Shown here piece after piece: positions 30,109 through 40,502 of a stretch of DNA of 64,000 bases (positions within the stretch are counted from its first letter, which is position 1; each line of letters opens with the position of its first letter). The stretch spans positions 192,001 through 256,000 of the forward strand of contig JBMNJG010000012.1 in the NCBI GenBank assembly GCA_050951545.1, written 5' to 3'. A program made the translations under genes and the position numbers. The notes beneath the pieces are model-generated. The model saw only the letters and a program-made list of their open reading frames with translations. It made no database searches and was not told where the DNA came from. The DNA is from Limnochordia bacterium. Lineage in GTDB: Bacteria; Bacillota; Limnochordia; DTU080.

Positions 30109-31021
30109 TGCGCTCACCTCCCGATAGGAGATACAAGACAGCCATGCGTATGGCTACACCATTACTAACCTGATCGTGTATGACTGAACGAGGATCCTCT
30201 GCCGCCTCCTCGGTTATCTCAACTCCGAGATTGGCTGGACCCGGATGCATGAGAACGATGTCTTGCCCTAGTGCATCGAGACGCTCCTTGGTAATGCCGT
30301 AGCGTCGTGAGTACTCCCGCAAGGAGGGGAAAAGACCAACCTTCTGGCGCTCGAGTTGCACGCGCAGTACATTGACGACTTCTGCTCCGTGCAGAGCCTT
30401 GTTGAGGTCAGTGTAAACCTCGACGCCCAACCCCTCCAACCCCGGAGGCAAAAGCGTCGCTGGTCCACACACGGCGACTTGAGCTCCCATCTTGATCAGG
30501 CCCCAGATGTCGGAGCGAGCTACTCTGCTATGCAATATGTCACCAACGATTAGCACACGTCGCCCGGAAAGCGAGCCCAGGCGTTGTCTGATGGTGAACA
30601 GATCGAGCAACCCCTGTGTCGGATGCTCGTGTGTGCCATCACCAGCATTGATGACTCCAGCGCGGATGGTACGGGCGATCAAATGCGGGACGCCAGGTGA
30701 GGAGTGCCGGATGACCACGAAATCCGCGCCCAGCGCCTCGATGGTGCGCACCGTATCTTTGATGCTCTCTCCTTTGGTTACGCTGCTTGTGGCCACAGCG
30801 ACACTCATGACTTCAGCCGAGAGCCACTTGCCTGCCATCTCGAACGACATCCGAGTGCGGGTGCTGGCTTCGTAAAAAAGGTTGACCAGGACTTTGCCGC
30901 GCAGCGTCGGTACTTTGCGCACAGGTCGGGACAAGATCTGTTTGCAGGCATCAGCCGTGTCTAGCACCAGCTCGATGTCTTCTTTGCCCAGCGATCTGAG
31001 ATCAAGCAGATCCTTGCGCAT
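30092..31021 (-). CDS. pyrB: Aspartate carbamoyltransferase catalytic subunit
   Basis: EASTRT, KGESIKDT, NAGDG..EHPTQ, HSRVARS, RVQLER, MHPGP. Confidence 0.97.
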   Translation of the reverse strand: MRKDLLDLRSLGKEDIELVLDTADACKQILSRPVRKVPTLRGKVLVNLFYEASTRTRMSFEMAGKWLSAEVMSVAVATSSVTKGESIKDTVRTIEALGADFVVIRHSSPGVPHLIARTIRAGVINAGDGTHEHPTQGLLDLFTIRQRLGSLSGRRVLIVGDILHSRVARSDIWGLIKMGAQVAVCGPATLLPPGLEGLGVEVYTDLNKALHGAEVVNVLRVQLERQKVGLFPSLREYSRRYGITKERLDALGQDIVLMHPGPANLGVEITEEAAEDPRSVIHDQVSNGVAIRMAVLYLLSGGERNELAS

Positions 31022-31081
31022 GCACGCCCTCCTCTTGTGTATCGTGCCCTGCTATCGCACAGCACCTACCCCGTATCGCGA

Positions 31082-31111
31082 CGGTGGGGCAACCACTTGG
31101 CCGCCCCACCG
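31082..31111. other. GC-rich stem-loop between pyrR and pyrB
   Basis: CGGTGGGGC/GCCCCACCG inverted repeat with no U tail. Confidence 0.45.
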
Positions 31112-31121
31112 AAGCAAATGC

Positions 31122-31834
<713 letters not shown>

Positions 31835-31857
31835 CGCAATGCACTCCATCCTTTAGG

Positions 31858-31886
31858 ATGATACACAACCCCTGCGCCGCGGTCAA
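31858..31886 (-). promoter_or_regulatory. SigA promoter of pyr operon
   Basis: TTGACC-17nt-TATCAT directly upstream of the PyrR loop. Confidence 0.7.
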
Positions 31887-32890
31887 GTGCTTCTTTGCGT
31901 TGCGCGTAATTTGGCGAGCAACTCCGCAAAGCTGCTTGGCAGCGGTGCCACACAGCTCATCGGCAGATGACTCCCCGGATGAGTGAACGAGACCTGCCAC
32001 GCGTGCAGAACTTGTCCGTCAGAGACTACTGCTCGCCGCTCCCGGGCATATAAAGGATCCCCCACAACCGGGAAGCCGATATGAGCCATATGCACCCTGA
32101 TCTGGTGGGTACGACCAGTCTCTAGGCCAACCTGCATGAGGGAGTAAGGCCCAAGGGATTCCAGCCGACGAAAATGTGTTACCGCGTGGCGCCCTGTGGA
32201 CACGACAGCCATCTTGACCCGATGCACTGGATGACGTCCAACAGGCAATCGCACACTACCCTCAATGGGCGGAGTGCCATGGACGAGTGCCACGTAGATT
32301 CGGCGCATGCGGCGTTCCCTCAGCTGGTCTGCTAGCGCTTGGTGAGCTTGATCGTCTCTGGCCACAACCAGGCAGCCAGAGGTGTCTTTGTCTAGCCTAT
32401 GGACGATACCGGGCCTTTGAGGGCCTCCGCATATTGACAAAGAGGTACCGTAGCGATAGAGCAAGGCGTTGACTAGGGTGCCTGAGCTATGGCCGATACT
32501 CGGGTGCACAACCATTCCTTTTGGCTTGTTGACCACCGCGATGTGCGGGTCTTCGAAAATGATATCTAAGGCGATTGGTTCTGCCTCAAAGGAAAGGGTG
32601 TCATCCGGGGCAGGCGGCAGTAGGCAGGTAAGGCGTTCATTTCCCGCTAGGCGTAGGCTTGTGCGCTGAGCGAGTCGACCGTTGATGGCCACTCGACGGT
32701 CTGCGATCAGCTTCTGCGCGACGCTTCGCGATGGCACATAGGCAGCAAGAAAACTGTCAAGGCGTTGCCCCGCTGCCGTAGGTGGGACAACAAGTGTCAT
32801 GATGTGTCGCGGCCCAGGCAATGGGATTTTGGATCCTGTTAACAGGTGGGGCTGTCTGCCGGTGTTGTGATGGAAGTGCATCTGCTCCAA
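31883..32890 (-). CDS. rluD: RluA-family 23S rRNA pseudouridine synthase with S4 domain (RluD/YlyB-like)
   Basis: RLDSFLA S4 start, NKPKGMVVHP, GIVHRLDKDTSG, LETGRTHQIRVH; lspA-rluD-pyrR synteny. Confidence 0.92.
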   Translation of the reverse strand: MEQMHFHHNTGRQPHLLTGSKIPLPGPRHIMTLVVPPTAAGQRLDSFLAAYVPSRSVAQKLIADRRVAINGRLAQRTSLRLAGNERLTCLLPPAPDDTLSFEAEPIALDIIFEDPHIAVVNKPKGMVVHPSIGHSSGTLVNALLYRYGTSLSICGGPQRPGIVHRLDKDTSGCLVVARDDQAHQALADQLRERRMRRIYVALVHGTPPIEGSVRLPVGRHPVHRVKMAVVSTGRHAVTHFRRLESLGPYSLMQVGLETGRTHQIRVHMAHIGFPVVGDPLYARERRAVVSDGQVLHAWQVSFTHPGSHLPMSCVAPLPSSFAELLAKLRATQRST

Positions 32891-32906
32891 CTTTCCCTTT
32901 GGGATT

Positions 32907-33341
32907 CTACGAGGTTGGTCCCTGCAGTTGCGACCAGAGAATCAACCCACAGCCGATGACGATGCAGCTGTCAGCTATGTTAAACACGGGGAAAAGACGC
33001 AGGTCCAAAAAGTCTATGACGCTCCCCTGACGGACACGGTCTATCAGATTCCCCATGGCTCCTGCGAGGCCTAGAGCCAGACCCCAGCGAAACATTCGGT
33101 CCTGGCGGGCGACAATGGCTCGGTTTGCCCAAGCCAAAAGCACGAAGCCTGTGGCCGCCGTGACAAAAAGCCAGCGCTGGCCAGCAAAGAGGCTAAAGGC
33201 AGCTCCTTGGTTCTCTACATGTGTGAAGTAAAGCCATGGCGGAAGTATCGCGTGAGGCTCGCCCAAGGGGAGCGTGCGCTGCACCCAGAGCTTGCTTGCC
33301 TGATCAATGATGAGCAGCAAGACAGCGAGCGCCAGGTGCAC
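32907..33341 (-). CDS. lspA: Lipoprotein signal peptidase II
   Basis: DQASK, ENQGAAFS, GAMGNLIDR, VIDFL, FNIAD. Confidence 0.96.
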   Translation of the reverse strand: MHLALAVLLLIIDQASKLWVQRTLPLGEPHAILPPWLYFTHVENQGAAFSLFAGQRWLFVTAATGFVLLAWANRAIVARQDRMFRWGLALGLAGAMGNLIDRVRQGSVIDFLDLRLFPVFNIADSCIVIGCGLILWSQLQGPTS

Positions 33342-33469
33342 GTGATCGTCTCCTTCCCATGGCGAGCCTGTTACAGTGCATGGTTGGGCGAGGCTCGAGG
33401 GTAGCGCTGGTGACCACGGTCTGCGCTACCCTTGCATTGTTCGGTCCTGCTAGCAGATTCCCCTGCTAC

Positions 33470-34132
33470 CTAAGACCTCCGGGTGCCGTCCCGGTGCGCC
33501 CGATGGTACTCGCGGGCGATCTGCTTGATATCCTCAGGAGTGAGCTCCCCAGCCATCTCTATCTCGGGATTGCCAGGGAAATCCCTCACCAAATCGAGCC
33601 ATAGGCTCTCCGGGATATCCTCAGGGGCATCTTGCGGTGAGTTGGCCGTGCCGAAGTTGGCTAGGTCATCCCAGACATCCTCACCATCAATACCAGGAGT
33701 GGCTGTGTCTTTAGCCATAGGAGGTGACAGAACTGCCTCCTCCACTGGTCTTGAAGACACTTTACCTTTCTCGCGTCGTGTCTTGCAGGTAAGGCAGAGC
33801 GTGGCGGTAGGAAGGGCCTGCAGGCGCTCTGGGTCGATCGCCTGTGCACACTCTTCACAGGTACCATAGGTGCCTTGCTCTAGTCGGTCCCTTGCCTGCA
33901 AAACCTGTTCAAGCTGCATGTAGGTGCTCAGCAGCAATCCCAGGTCCTTCTCCCGCTCAAACGTCTCAGCCCCCTGATCGGTTGTGTGTTGATCGTAACT
34001 GGAAAGCTCGCCGACAGCATCGGTCTCTGACATCCCCAGTCCTCGTTCCCGTAATCCATGCGCTAGGCTCCAAAGACGCGTGTACTCTATCTCCAAAGCC
34101 TCATATATCTCACTCGGGCTAAGTGATGCCAA
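33470..34132 (-). CDS. TraR/DksA C4 zinc-finger protein, YteA sporulation family
   Basis: ELSSYDQH..D.GAETFEREKD, GTYGTCEEC...ERLQALP...LCLTC, RPVEEAVL, DGEDVW. Confidence 0.88.
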   Translation of the reverse strand: MASLSPSEIYEALEIEYTRLWSLAHGLRERGLGMSETDAVGELSSYDQHTTDQGAETFEREKDLGLLLSTYMQLEQVLQARDRLEQGTYGTCEECAQAIDPERLQALPTATLCLTCKTRREKGKVSSRPVEEAVLSPPMAKDTATPGIDGEDVWDDLANFGTANSPQDAPEDIPESLWLDLVRDFPGNPEIEMAGELTPEDIKQIAREYHRAHRDGTRRS

Positions 34133-34158
34133 TGTCTCCCCGCCTTAGGCAGTGAGCG

Positions 34159-34458
34159 CTAGCGCAGACGCAACTCGTTTTGCACGATGCGAGCCACGTC
34201 TGCCACGAACTCACCGATGATCGGAAGGTTGAACGTAGCCAAGCGGGCCAGAATCAGAAGAAAGACAGCACCTATTACTGTAAACCCAACGGCCATACCG
34301 AAGCCTCTGGCGAGACCCGCGATGAAGTTGAGCCACAGCATACGTCGGGGTCGACGGTAGAGCTCAACATAGTCGGCCATGCCAGACTTGGCAAAAGCGT
34401 CGGTGGCTTGCTCCAATTTCTGAAGGAGCTTGTTGTTCTGATCGGTGGCTTCACTCAC
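34159..34458 (-). CDS. DUF5665-type small membrane protein
   Basis: DYVELYRRPRRMLWLNFIAGLARGFGMAVGFT...NLPIIGEF; AGGAGG RBS. Confidence 0.8.
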   Translation of the reverse strand: MSEATDQNNKLLQKLEQATDAFAKSGMADYVELYRRPRRMLWLNFIAGLARGFGMAVGFTVIGAVFLLILARLATFNLPIIGEFVADVARIVQNELRLR

Positions 34459-34520
34459 TTACGCCAACCTCCTACTGTAGGTTCCCGAGGCGATGACGGC
34501 GGTATCCTGTCCTGCCTGAG

Positions 34521-34547
34521 GCAGGTATGGCTGCGCGTTCCGTCGAA
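34521..34547 (+). promoter_or_regulatory. Putative SigH-type promoter upstream of hemL
   Basis: GCAGGT-N15-GTCGAA; similar motifs at 39374-39399 and 49189-49215. Confidence 0.4.
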
Positions 34548-34597
34548 GGTCGCAGCTGGATATACGGAAAAAAAGCAGATCTAAAGGAGAACACCCA

Positions 34598-35902
34598 GTG
34601 AATCAGCGGACACACACGCAGTCTAAACGTTTGTTTGCCAAGGCTCAACACTGTATCGCGGGCGGCGTCAACAGCCCATCTCGTTCGTTTGCCGCGGTAG
34701 GAGGCGGCAGTCCTGTATTCATGGAGCGCGGTGAAGGTGCCTATCTCTACGATGCCGATGGCAATCGCTATGTCGATTACCTTTGTGCTTTTGGTGCCCT
34801 CATCTTGGGGCATGCTCACCCAGCAGTGGTGGCCGCCGTCTCAGAAGGACTGCCTCGCGGTACGGTTTTTGGCGCTCCGACCGAGCTGGAAGTGGAGTTC
34901 GCGGCTAAGCTCTGTGCGATCGTGCCTACCCTGGAAATGGTTCGGTTCAATGTCTCAGGTACTGAAGCGGTGATGACGGCGATCCGCTTGGCCAGAGGTG
35001 CTACTGGCCGCTCCAAGATTCTCAAGTTCAGCGGAAGCTATCACGGCCACAGTGATCTTGTGCTTGTGTCGGCGGGCTCGGGCTCGTCAACACTTTCTAT
35101 CGATGAGAGTCTTGGCGTTCCTCCATCGGTCAAGGATGAAGTGGTAGATGTGCCCTTCAACAATCCGGAGGCCTTACGTCAAGCTGTAGTGCTGTACGGA
35201 CACGAGCTGGCAGCAGCGCTTGTAGAACCTGTTGTAGGCAACTTCGGCATTGTTCCACCAGAGCCTGGTTTCTTGGAGCTGCTTCAGCAGCAGATGCGCG
35301 CCTGCGGCGCTCTCGTCATATGGGATGAAGTCATCACTGCGTTTCGGTTTGGCTATGGCTCTATCCAGAACATCTTCCAGTTGCAGCCCGACATCATTAC
35401 CCTGGGCAAGGTGATTGGCGGTGGCTTACCCATTGGCGCCTACGGAGCGCGGCGCGAACTCATGCAATACGTAGCTCCTCTTGGTGGAGTCTATCAGGAT
35501 GGTACCATGGCAGGTAACCCTCTTTCAATGCTGGCTGGTATGACCTGCCTTGATCTCCTCAAGGAACCTGGATTATACGAGCGCCTCGCACGACACGGCC
35601 ACACGCTGGCTACCGCAGCTCGCACAGCGTCTGAGAAACATGGGATCGCGACACATGTGGGCGAGTTTCGAGGAGCGGTGTCGATCCAATTCACGGACGA
35701 ACGTGTCATTGACTTTGCTGGGTGCAACCGCTCTAGCTCGGAGAGGTTTGCTCGCTTCTTCCATCTCATGCTTGAGCAGGGTATTCTTATGCCTCCTTCT
35801 AAATACGAGGCCATGTTCGTATCGGCTGCTCACAGCGATGCCGATATCAATTACACCGCCGAGTGCATCGACCGAGCACTTGCCACAATGGCTGGAGAGT
35901 AG
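34598..35902 (+). CDS. hemL: Glutamate-1-semialdehyde 2,1-aminomutase
   Basis: GGVNSPSR, SGTEAVM, YHGHSD, EPVVGN, DEVIT, LGKVIGGGLP (PLP Lys). Confidence 0.94.
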   Translation: MNQRTHTQSKRLFAKAQHCIAGGVNSPSRSFAAVGGGSPVFMERGEGAYLYDADGNRYVDYLCAFGALILGHAHPAVVAAVSEGLPRGTVFGAPTELEVEFAAKLCAIVPTLEMVRFNVSGTEAVMTAIRLARGATGRSKILKFSGSYHGHSDLVLVSAGSGSSTLSIDESLGVPPSVKDEVVDVPFNNPEALRQAVVLYGHELAAALVEPVVGNFGIVPPEPGFLELLQQQMRACGALVIWDEVITAFRFGYGSIQNIFQLQPDIITLGKVIGGGLPIGAYGARRELMQYVAPLGGVYQDGTMAGNPLSMLAGMTCLDLLKEPGLYERLARHGHTLATAARTASEKHGIATHVGEFRGAVSIQFTDERVIDFAGCNRSSSERFARFFHLMLEQGILMPPSKYEAMFVSAAHSDADINYTAECIDRALATMAGE

Positions 35903-35905
35903 ATG

Positions 35906-35934
35906 GAAAGCCCCCGAATGGGGGCTTTCGTTTC
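35906..35934. terminator. Intrinsic terminator between convergent hemL and ileS
   Basis: GAAAGCCCCC-GAAT-GGGGGCTTTC hairpin. Confidence 0.75.
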
Positions 35935-38712
35935 CTACTGCATAACTACCTCAAAGCAGCGTTCACATAGTGAGGGATGCTCCTTATGCTCTCCAACACC
36001 TTCGCTGTAGCGCCAACAGCGCTCGCATTTCTCACCGGCGGCTTTCTCGGCTACCACTCGAATGCTGTCTTGTTGCTCGCTCAAACCAGAGACTGGGTTC
36101 TCTTCGCTATCATGGATGTGCACGTCGGAAACCATAAACAGAGCTGGTAAATCCGTAAACGACGCCAACCGCTGCCTGACCTTTTCGTCGGCATAGATGT
36201 GTATTGTCGCCTCGTTGCTGCTTCCAATAAGCTTACTGTTACGGCCCTGCTCCAAGACTCGGGCGACAATCCTGCGCACGTTGAAGAAGTGCTCCCAACG
36301 CTGGTCAAGCTCGGTGTCTAGAAGGTCGGTGCGTACTGGCCGCCACCGCGACAGATGCACACTCTCTTTCTCCTTAGCCTCCTGCGGCAGGTACTCCCAG
36401 ATCTCCTCCGAGGTAAACGGCAGCACGGGCGCGATTAGCTGCACAAGAGTGAACAGGATATCATAGAGGGCAGTCTGCGCGGACCGCCGGCGGAAGGAAT
36501 CCGCTTCGTCGCAGTATAGGATGTCTTTTATCACGTCCAGGTAGAATCCACCCATGTCCACCGCGCAGAAGTTGTGTACCGCTTGGTGCAGTACGTGAAA
36601 CTCGTACTCCCGGTATGCTTGCACCACGCGCTGATGCAGGCGTTCGGCGCGCATCAGTGCCCAGCGCTCTAGTTCTGGTAACTCCGCATAGGGCACGGCA
36701 TTCTCCAGATGAAAGCCGCTGATGTTGGCCAGCATGAACCGTGCTGTGTTACGGATGCGGCGGTATACTTCGGCGATTTGGTCTAGGATGCTCTCGGAGA
36801 CACTGATATCAGCCCTATAGTCTGCCGAAGCGACCCAGAGTCTGAGGATATCGGCCCCATACCTGCTGATAATCTCCTCCGGAGCGATGACATTGCCAAT
36901 GGACTTTGACATCTTGTGCCCTTCAGCATCCACGATAAAGCCGTGGGTCAACACGCTGCGGTAAGGAGGTTGCCCGTAGGCAGCCACAGAGGTCAGCAAC
37001 GAGGACTGGAACCAGCCTCTGTGCTGATCTGAACCTTCAAGGTACAGATCCGCGGGCCAGCGAAGCTCCGACCGCTGGCCGCATACGGCCGCATGACTCG
37101 AACCTGAGTCGAACCAGACATCCATGATGTCGGTCTCCTTGCGAAAAGCCTGCGCTCCGCAAGCGTCACAGGTCGTTCCCGCAGGCAGGATCTCTTCAGC
37201 CTCATAGATCCACCAAGCGTCAGCACCTTCTCTTCGGAAAAGAGACGACACTGCGGCGATGCTCTTCTCGGTTACGAGGTGCCTTCCGCACGATTGGCAG
37301 TAGAATATGGGGATCGGGACACCCCACAGCCGCTGACGCGAGATGCACCAGTCGTGTCTCTCCTTGACCATTCCGGTTATCCTGTCAATGCCCCACTGTG
37401 GAATCCACTCCACCTGCTGAATGGCAGTCAGAGCTTCTGCTCGGAAGCCCTCTACCGAGGCAAACCACTGCTCAGTAGCCCGAAAGACGATTGGATGCTT
37501 GCAGCGCCAGCAGTGTGGGTACTGGTGTGTAAGTTTGGCGGCCTTCATCAGACTGCCAGCTTGGCGCATATCGTCTATAATCACTTGGTTGGCTTCTGAG
37601 AGTAGCATGCCGGCATATGGTCCCGCTTCCGACGTAAAGCGCCCTTTGCTGTCTACAGGGGCGTACACATCAAGACCGTAGCGCAGGCCCACCTCATAGT
37701 CTTCCAGGCCGTGCCCCGGCGCGGTGTGTACGCATCCGGTGCCAGCCTCTAGAGTCACATGCTCACCAAGAATCAGCGGCGAAGAGCGCTCAATGAACGG
37801 ATGGCGAGTCACAATCCCCTCCAAATCAGAGCCGAGAAAGTGACGTTTGACATGGTAGTCGGACCACTGGAGCTCTTTTGCCACCTCACCAAGGAGCTCT
37901 TCCGCCACCACGTACTGCTCGCTTGCTGTCTCGACCAGAACGTACCTTAGCTGAGGATGCAACGCAATCGCTAGATTGGCTGGCAGAGTCCAGGGTGTCG
38001 TGGTCCAGACTACAACATAGGTTTCTTGGTCAGCTGCCCCTAAGAGCCCCAGGTCATCAGTGACCAAGAAACGGACGTAGATGGAGTAGGAGAGGTGATC
38101 GTGATACTCGATCTCGGCCTCGGCCAGGGCGGTTTCGCAATCTGTGCACCAGTACACAGGCTTTCGGCCCTTGTAGATAAAGCCTTTGAGAGCCATCTTG
38201 CCGAATATCTCAATCTGTTTGGCTTCGTACTCTGGGGTCATAGTGATGTAGGGATCATCCCAGTCTCCCCACACGCCTAGACGCCGAAACTCCTCACGCT
38301 GAATATCCAGATACTTTAGCGCATACTCGCGGCAACGGCGGCGGAACTCGATAGGTGACATGGAGTTCAGGCTCAATCCGACAGCCTTCATCGCCTTCAG
38401 CTCTACGGGCAGGCCGTGACAGTCCCAGCCCGGAACGTATGGCACCAGGTAGCCATCCATCGAACGTGAGCGGATGACCATGTCCTTGAGCACTTTGTTG
38501 AGGGCCGTGCCCAGATGTATGTGCCCATTGGCGTAGGGCGGTCCATCGTGGAGCACGAATAGGGGAAGGTCCGCCTCCCGTCCCTCCTGCTGTAGCTTGT
38601 CGTATACGCCTGCCGCCTGCCATTGGGCCAACCGTTGCGGTTCGCGTTGCACAAGATTGGCCCTCATGGGAAAACGCGTCTTGCCCACGAGCACCGTGTT
38701 CCGATAATCCAT
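35935..38712 (-). CDS. ileS: Isoleucine--tRNA ligase (type 1)
   Basis: LHDGPPYANG.IHLG, WTTTPWT, GTGCVHTAPGHG, DWCISRQR.WG, KMSKS, C-terminal CERCW...CERC zinc finger. Confidence 0.98.
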   Translation of the reverse strand: MDYRNTVLVGKTRFPMRANLVQREPQRLAQWQAAGVYDKLQQEGREADLPLFVLHDGPPYANGHIHLGTALNKVLKDMVIRSRSMDGYLVPYVPGWDCHGLPVELKAMKAVGLSLNSMSPIEFRRRCREYALKYLDIQREEFRRLGVWGDWDDPYITMTPEYEAKQIEIFGKMALKGFIYKGRKPVYWCTDCETALAEAEIEYHDHLSYSIYVRFLVTDDLGLLGAADQETYVVVWTTTPWTLPANLAIALHPQLRYVLVETASEQYVVAEELLGEVAKELQWSDYHVKRHFLGSDLEGIVTRHPFIERSSPLILGEHVTLEAGTGCVHTAPGHGLEDYEVGLRYGLDVYAPVDSKGRFTSEAGPYAGMLLSEANQVIIDDMRQAGSLMKAAKLTHQYPHCWRCKHPIVFRATEQWFASVEGFRAEALTAIQQVEWIPQWGIDRITGMVKERHDWCISRQRLWGVPIPIFYCQSCGRHLVTEKSIAAVSSLFRREGADAWWIYEAEEILPAGTTCDACGAQAFRKETDIMDVWFDSGSSHAAVCGQRSELRWPADLYLEGSDQHRGWFQSSLLTSVAAYGQPPYRSVLTHGFIVDAEGHKMSKSIGNVIAPEEIISRYGADILRLWVASADYRADISVSESILDQIAEVYRRIRNTARFMLANISGFHLENAVPYAELPELERWALMRAERLHQRVVQAYREYEFHVLHQAVHNFCAVDMGGFYLDVIKDILYCDEADSFRRRSAQTALYDILFTLVQLIAPVLPFTSEEIWEYLPQEAKEKESVHLSRWRPVRTDLLDTELDQRWEHFFNVRRIVARVLEQGRNSKLIGSSNEATIHIYADEKVRQRLASFTDLPALFMVSDVHIHDSEENPVSGLSEQQDSIRVVAEKAAGEKCERCWRYSEGVGEHKEHPSLCERCFEVVMQ

Positions 38713-38768
38713 CCGAATGGACCTCCCCGAAAAGGCTTCTGTTCCTGGCCTGTTCTGCTAGTTTGGCG

Positions 38769-39035
38769 AAAAAAGAGAAAGCCTCTCATCCTTGTGAGGA
38801 CGAGAGGCACGATCCCGCGGTACCACCTCAGTTAGACCGGGGCGCCACGGCGCACCCGCTCTCGGCTTGTGTCAATAACGGCGACAACCGTCTTCCACTA
38901 CTTGCGCTGCTTTGTGCAGATGCTTTTGCAGAGGAGGCTCTGGGGGGATAGCCACTAAGCGACGGATTCCGGGCTCACACCTAACCCCGGTTCTCTGTAC
39001 CCTAGTCGTTCTTAGGACCTGCCCCTTCATCGCTA
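38769..39035 (-). ncRNA. T-box riboswitch (Ile specifier)
   Basis: T-box AACTGAGGTGGTACCGCG (38833-38816); terminator GCCTCTCGTCCT-CACA-AGGATGAGAGGC-TTTCTCTTTTTT; stem I with AGAGA and GGTGTGA loops and an ATC specifier at 38949-38947. Confidence 0.93.
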
Positions 39036-39078
39036 CGATGATTGATAAGGCGGACTTGGGGCCGCCTGTATTGCCATT

Positions 39079-39108
39079 AGTATATCTAAGCATGACTGCT
39101 GTAGTCAA
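39079..39108 (-). promoter_or_regulatory. SigA promoter of ileS leader
   Basis: TTGACT-18nt-TATACT. Confidence 0.7.
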
Positions 39109-39128
39109 CCAGCCTGTGGGAGCTTTTT

Positions 39129-39323
39129 CTACCTACGGCGTTGCTTAGCTACCTCTGCGGACAGATAGGCATCGAGGCGATCCCATAAACTGCCGAATTC
39201 CTCGGAATCTTGAGCGACCTCCAAAAGGCGATGAAAAACAACGTTCATGTCGTCCGCTTGATTCTCTCCCGCCAGTGTTTGGCGGACAGCTTGGGACTTG
39301 CCGATGGCTACGCCTGCAGGCAT
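39129..39323 (-). CDS. Small hypothetical protein (64 aa)
   Basis: Fills the intergenic gap; GGGGG RBS, amphipathic-helix-like sequence, SigH-like motif upstream. Confidence 0.5.
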   Translation of the reverse strand: MPAGVAIGKSQAVRQTLAGENQADDMNVVFHRLLEVAQDSEEFGSLWDRLDAYLSAEVAKQRRR

Positions 39324-39415
39324 GGATCATACCCCCTGTGGCCGGCTTTGCTTTGTGCATACGCACAAGATACTACGACTGCCGTCCACAGATTCCTGCA
39401 TTTGGCCACAAGAAT

Positions 39416-40237
39416 CTATGCAGTACCACGCTCTCCAAGTATCTGCTCCGCATAGACTCGGAAAGTGTCGCCACGCAATCCGGCACGGGTGGCGGCCAAA
39501 GTGATCACGTCACTGGGCTGCACGTTACCGAGGTTGACATTCGATCCAAGCTTCAGAATCAACTGTTGCTGTTGGGAGACCAACGGTGCCTCCCACATCA
39601 CCACCGATGGATCGGTGGTGCCAGCTATGATGAGATCGATGAGCCTATCGTCGCCTCGGCCGTCACTGTCAAAGACACCCACTCCTCGGCCTGAATCTCG
39701 CGCTTCGATGATGACGCGCTCAGCCCCGGATTCCAGGTCAGCCTGTATCTGAGCATGTACATGGTCTGCATCAAAGCGATATCCCTTCTCCTTTTTTCCA
39801 ATCTCTGTTATGACGCGCAGCCCCCGTGAGACCGCGGCCCGAATAAGGCTGTTACGGCGCTGCGGCGTCAAGGGGATGGTCCCGTCTGATACCTCGACCA
39901 CGTTGAATCCCAGGCGGCAGAGCCGCTCGAGCCACGCCTCGGCCACATTCTGAAGCTCCGCCACTTCCAGCAGCGTCCCCCCGGGGTACAAAGCCACGGA
40001 ATAGCGGTGTGCAAGGGCGATCTTCTCCTCCAGCATGCCTCGAGGATACATCATTGAGGTGCCAAATCCTAACTTAAGAAAATCGATGTGCATCGCGGCC
40101 ATGTCAAGCAGATCGGCTAGAGCCGCTAGTCCTAGGCCCTTGTCAATGGCCATGGTAAGCCCGCTGTCTCGAGGTTTGGTCTCAAGGACAACTGGTGGTT
40201 TCACCGTATCTTGCCATCCTAATCCTTTCGCACCCAT
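39416..40237 (-). CDS. comA: Phosphosulfolactate synthase family protein (coenzyme M biosynthesis ComA / YitD type)
   Basis: KPRDSGLTM.IDKG, KLGFGT, PGGTLLE, EVSDG, EIGKK, WEAP, NVNLGNV, GLRGDT. Confidence 0.88.
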   Translation of the reverse strand: MGAKGLGWQDTVKPPVVLETKPRDSGLTMAIDKGLGLAALADLLDMAAMHIDFLKLGFGTSMMYPRGMLEEKIALAHRYSVALYPGGTLLEVAELQNVAEAWLERLCRLGFNVVEVSDGTIPLTPQRRNSLIRAAVSRGLRVITEIGKKEKGYRFDADHVHAQIQADLESGAERVIIEARDSGRGVGVFDSDGRGDDRLIDLIIAGTTDPSVVMWEAPLVSQQQQLILKLGSNVNLGNVQPSDVITLAATRAGLRGDTFRVYAEQILGERGTA

Positions 40238-40449
40238 AAATGGCCTCACTCCCAGAACGTACCTTCTGTGCAGGCTCTCGCCCTCTACAGATTACTTCAT
40301 AGAGCCGTCGCTTTCCTGGCGCGCGCGGAATGATCCAACGCCCTTGGGTACATTCTATGTAGCTACCTCGTTGGCCGTGAGCTACGGCAGGACTTGCTGG
40401 CCCTGCGCGTAATAGCTTGCTTAATGGCAATGATGGATACTTGACCGGA

Positions 40450-40485
40450 GGAGTACGCGTGTCGACCGCGCGGCGAAGTCCAGGC
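40450..40485 (+). repeat. Dispersed intergenic element, shortened copy B
   Basis: GGAGTACGCGTGTCGACCGCGCGGCGAAGTCCAGGC shares both ends with copies A, C and D; central part is shorter; lies directly before the TAAGGAGG RBS. Confidence 0.7.
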
Positions 40486-40502
40486 TTCTAAGGAGGATGC
40501 AT

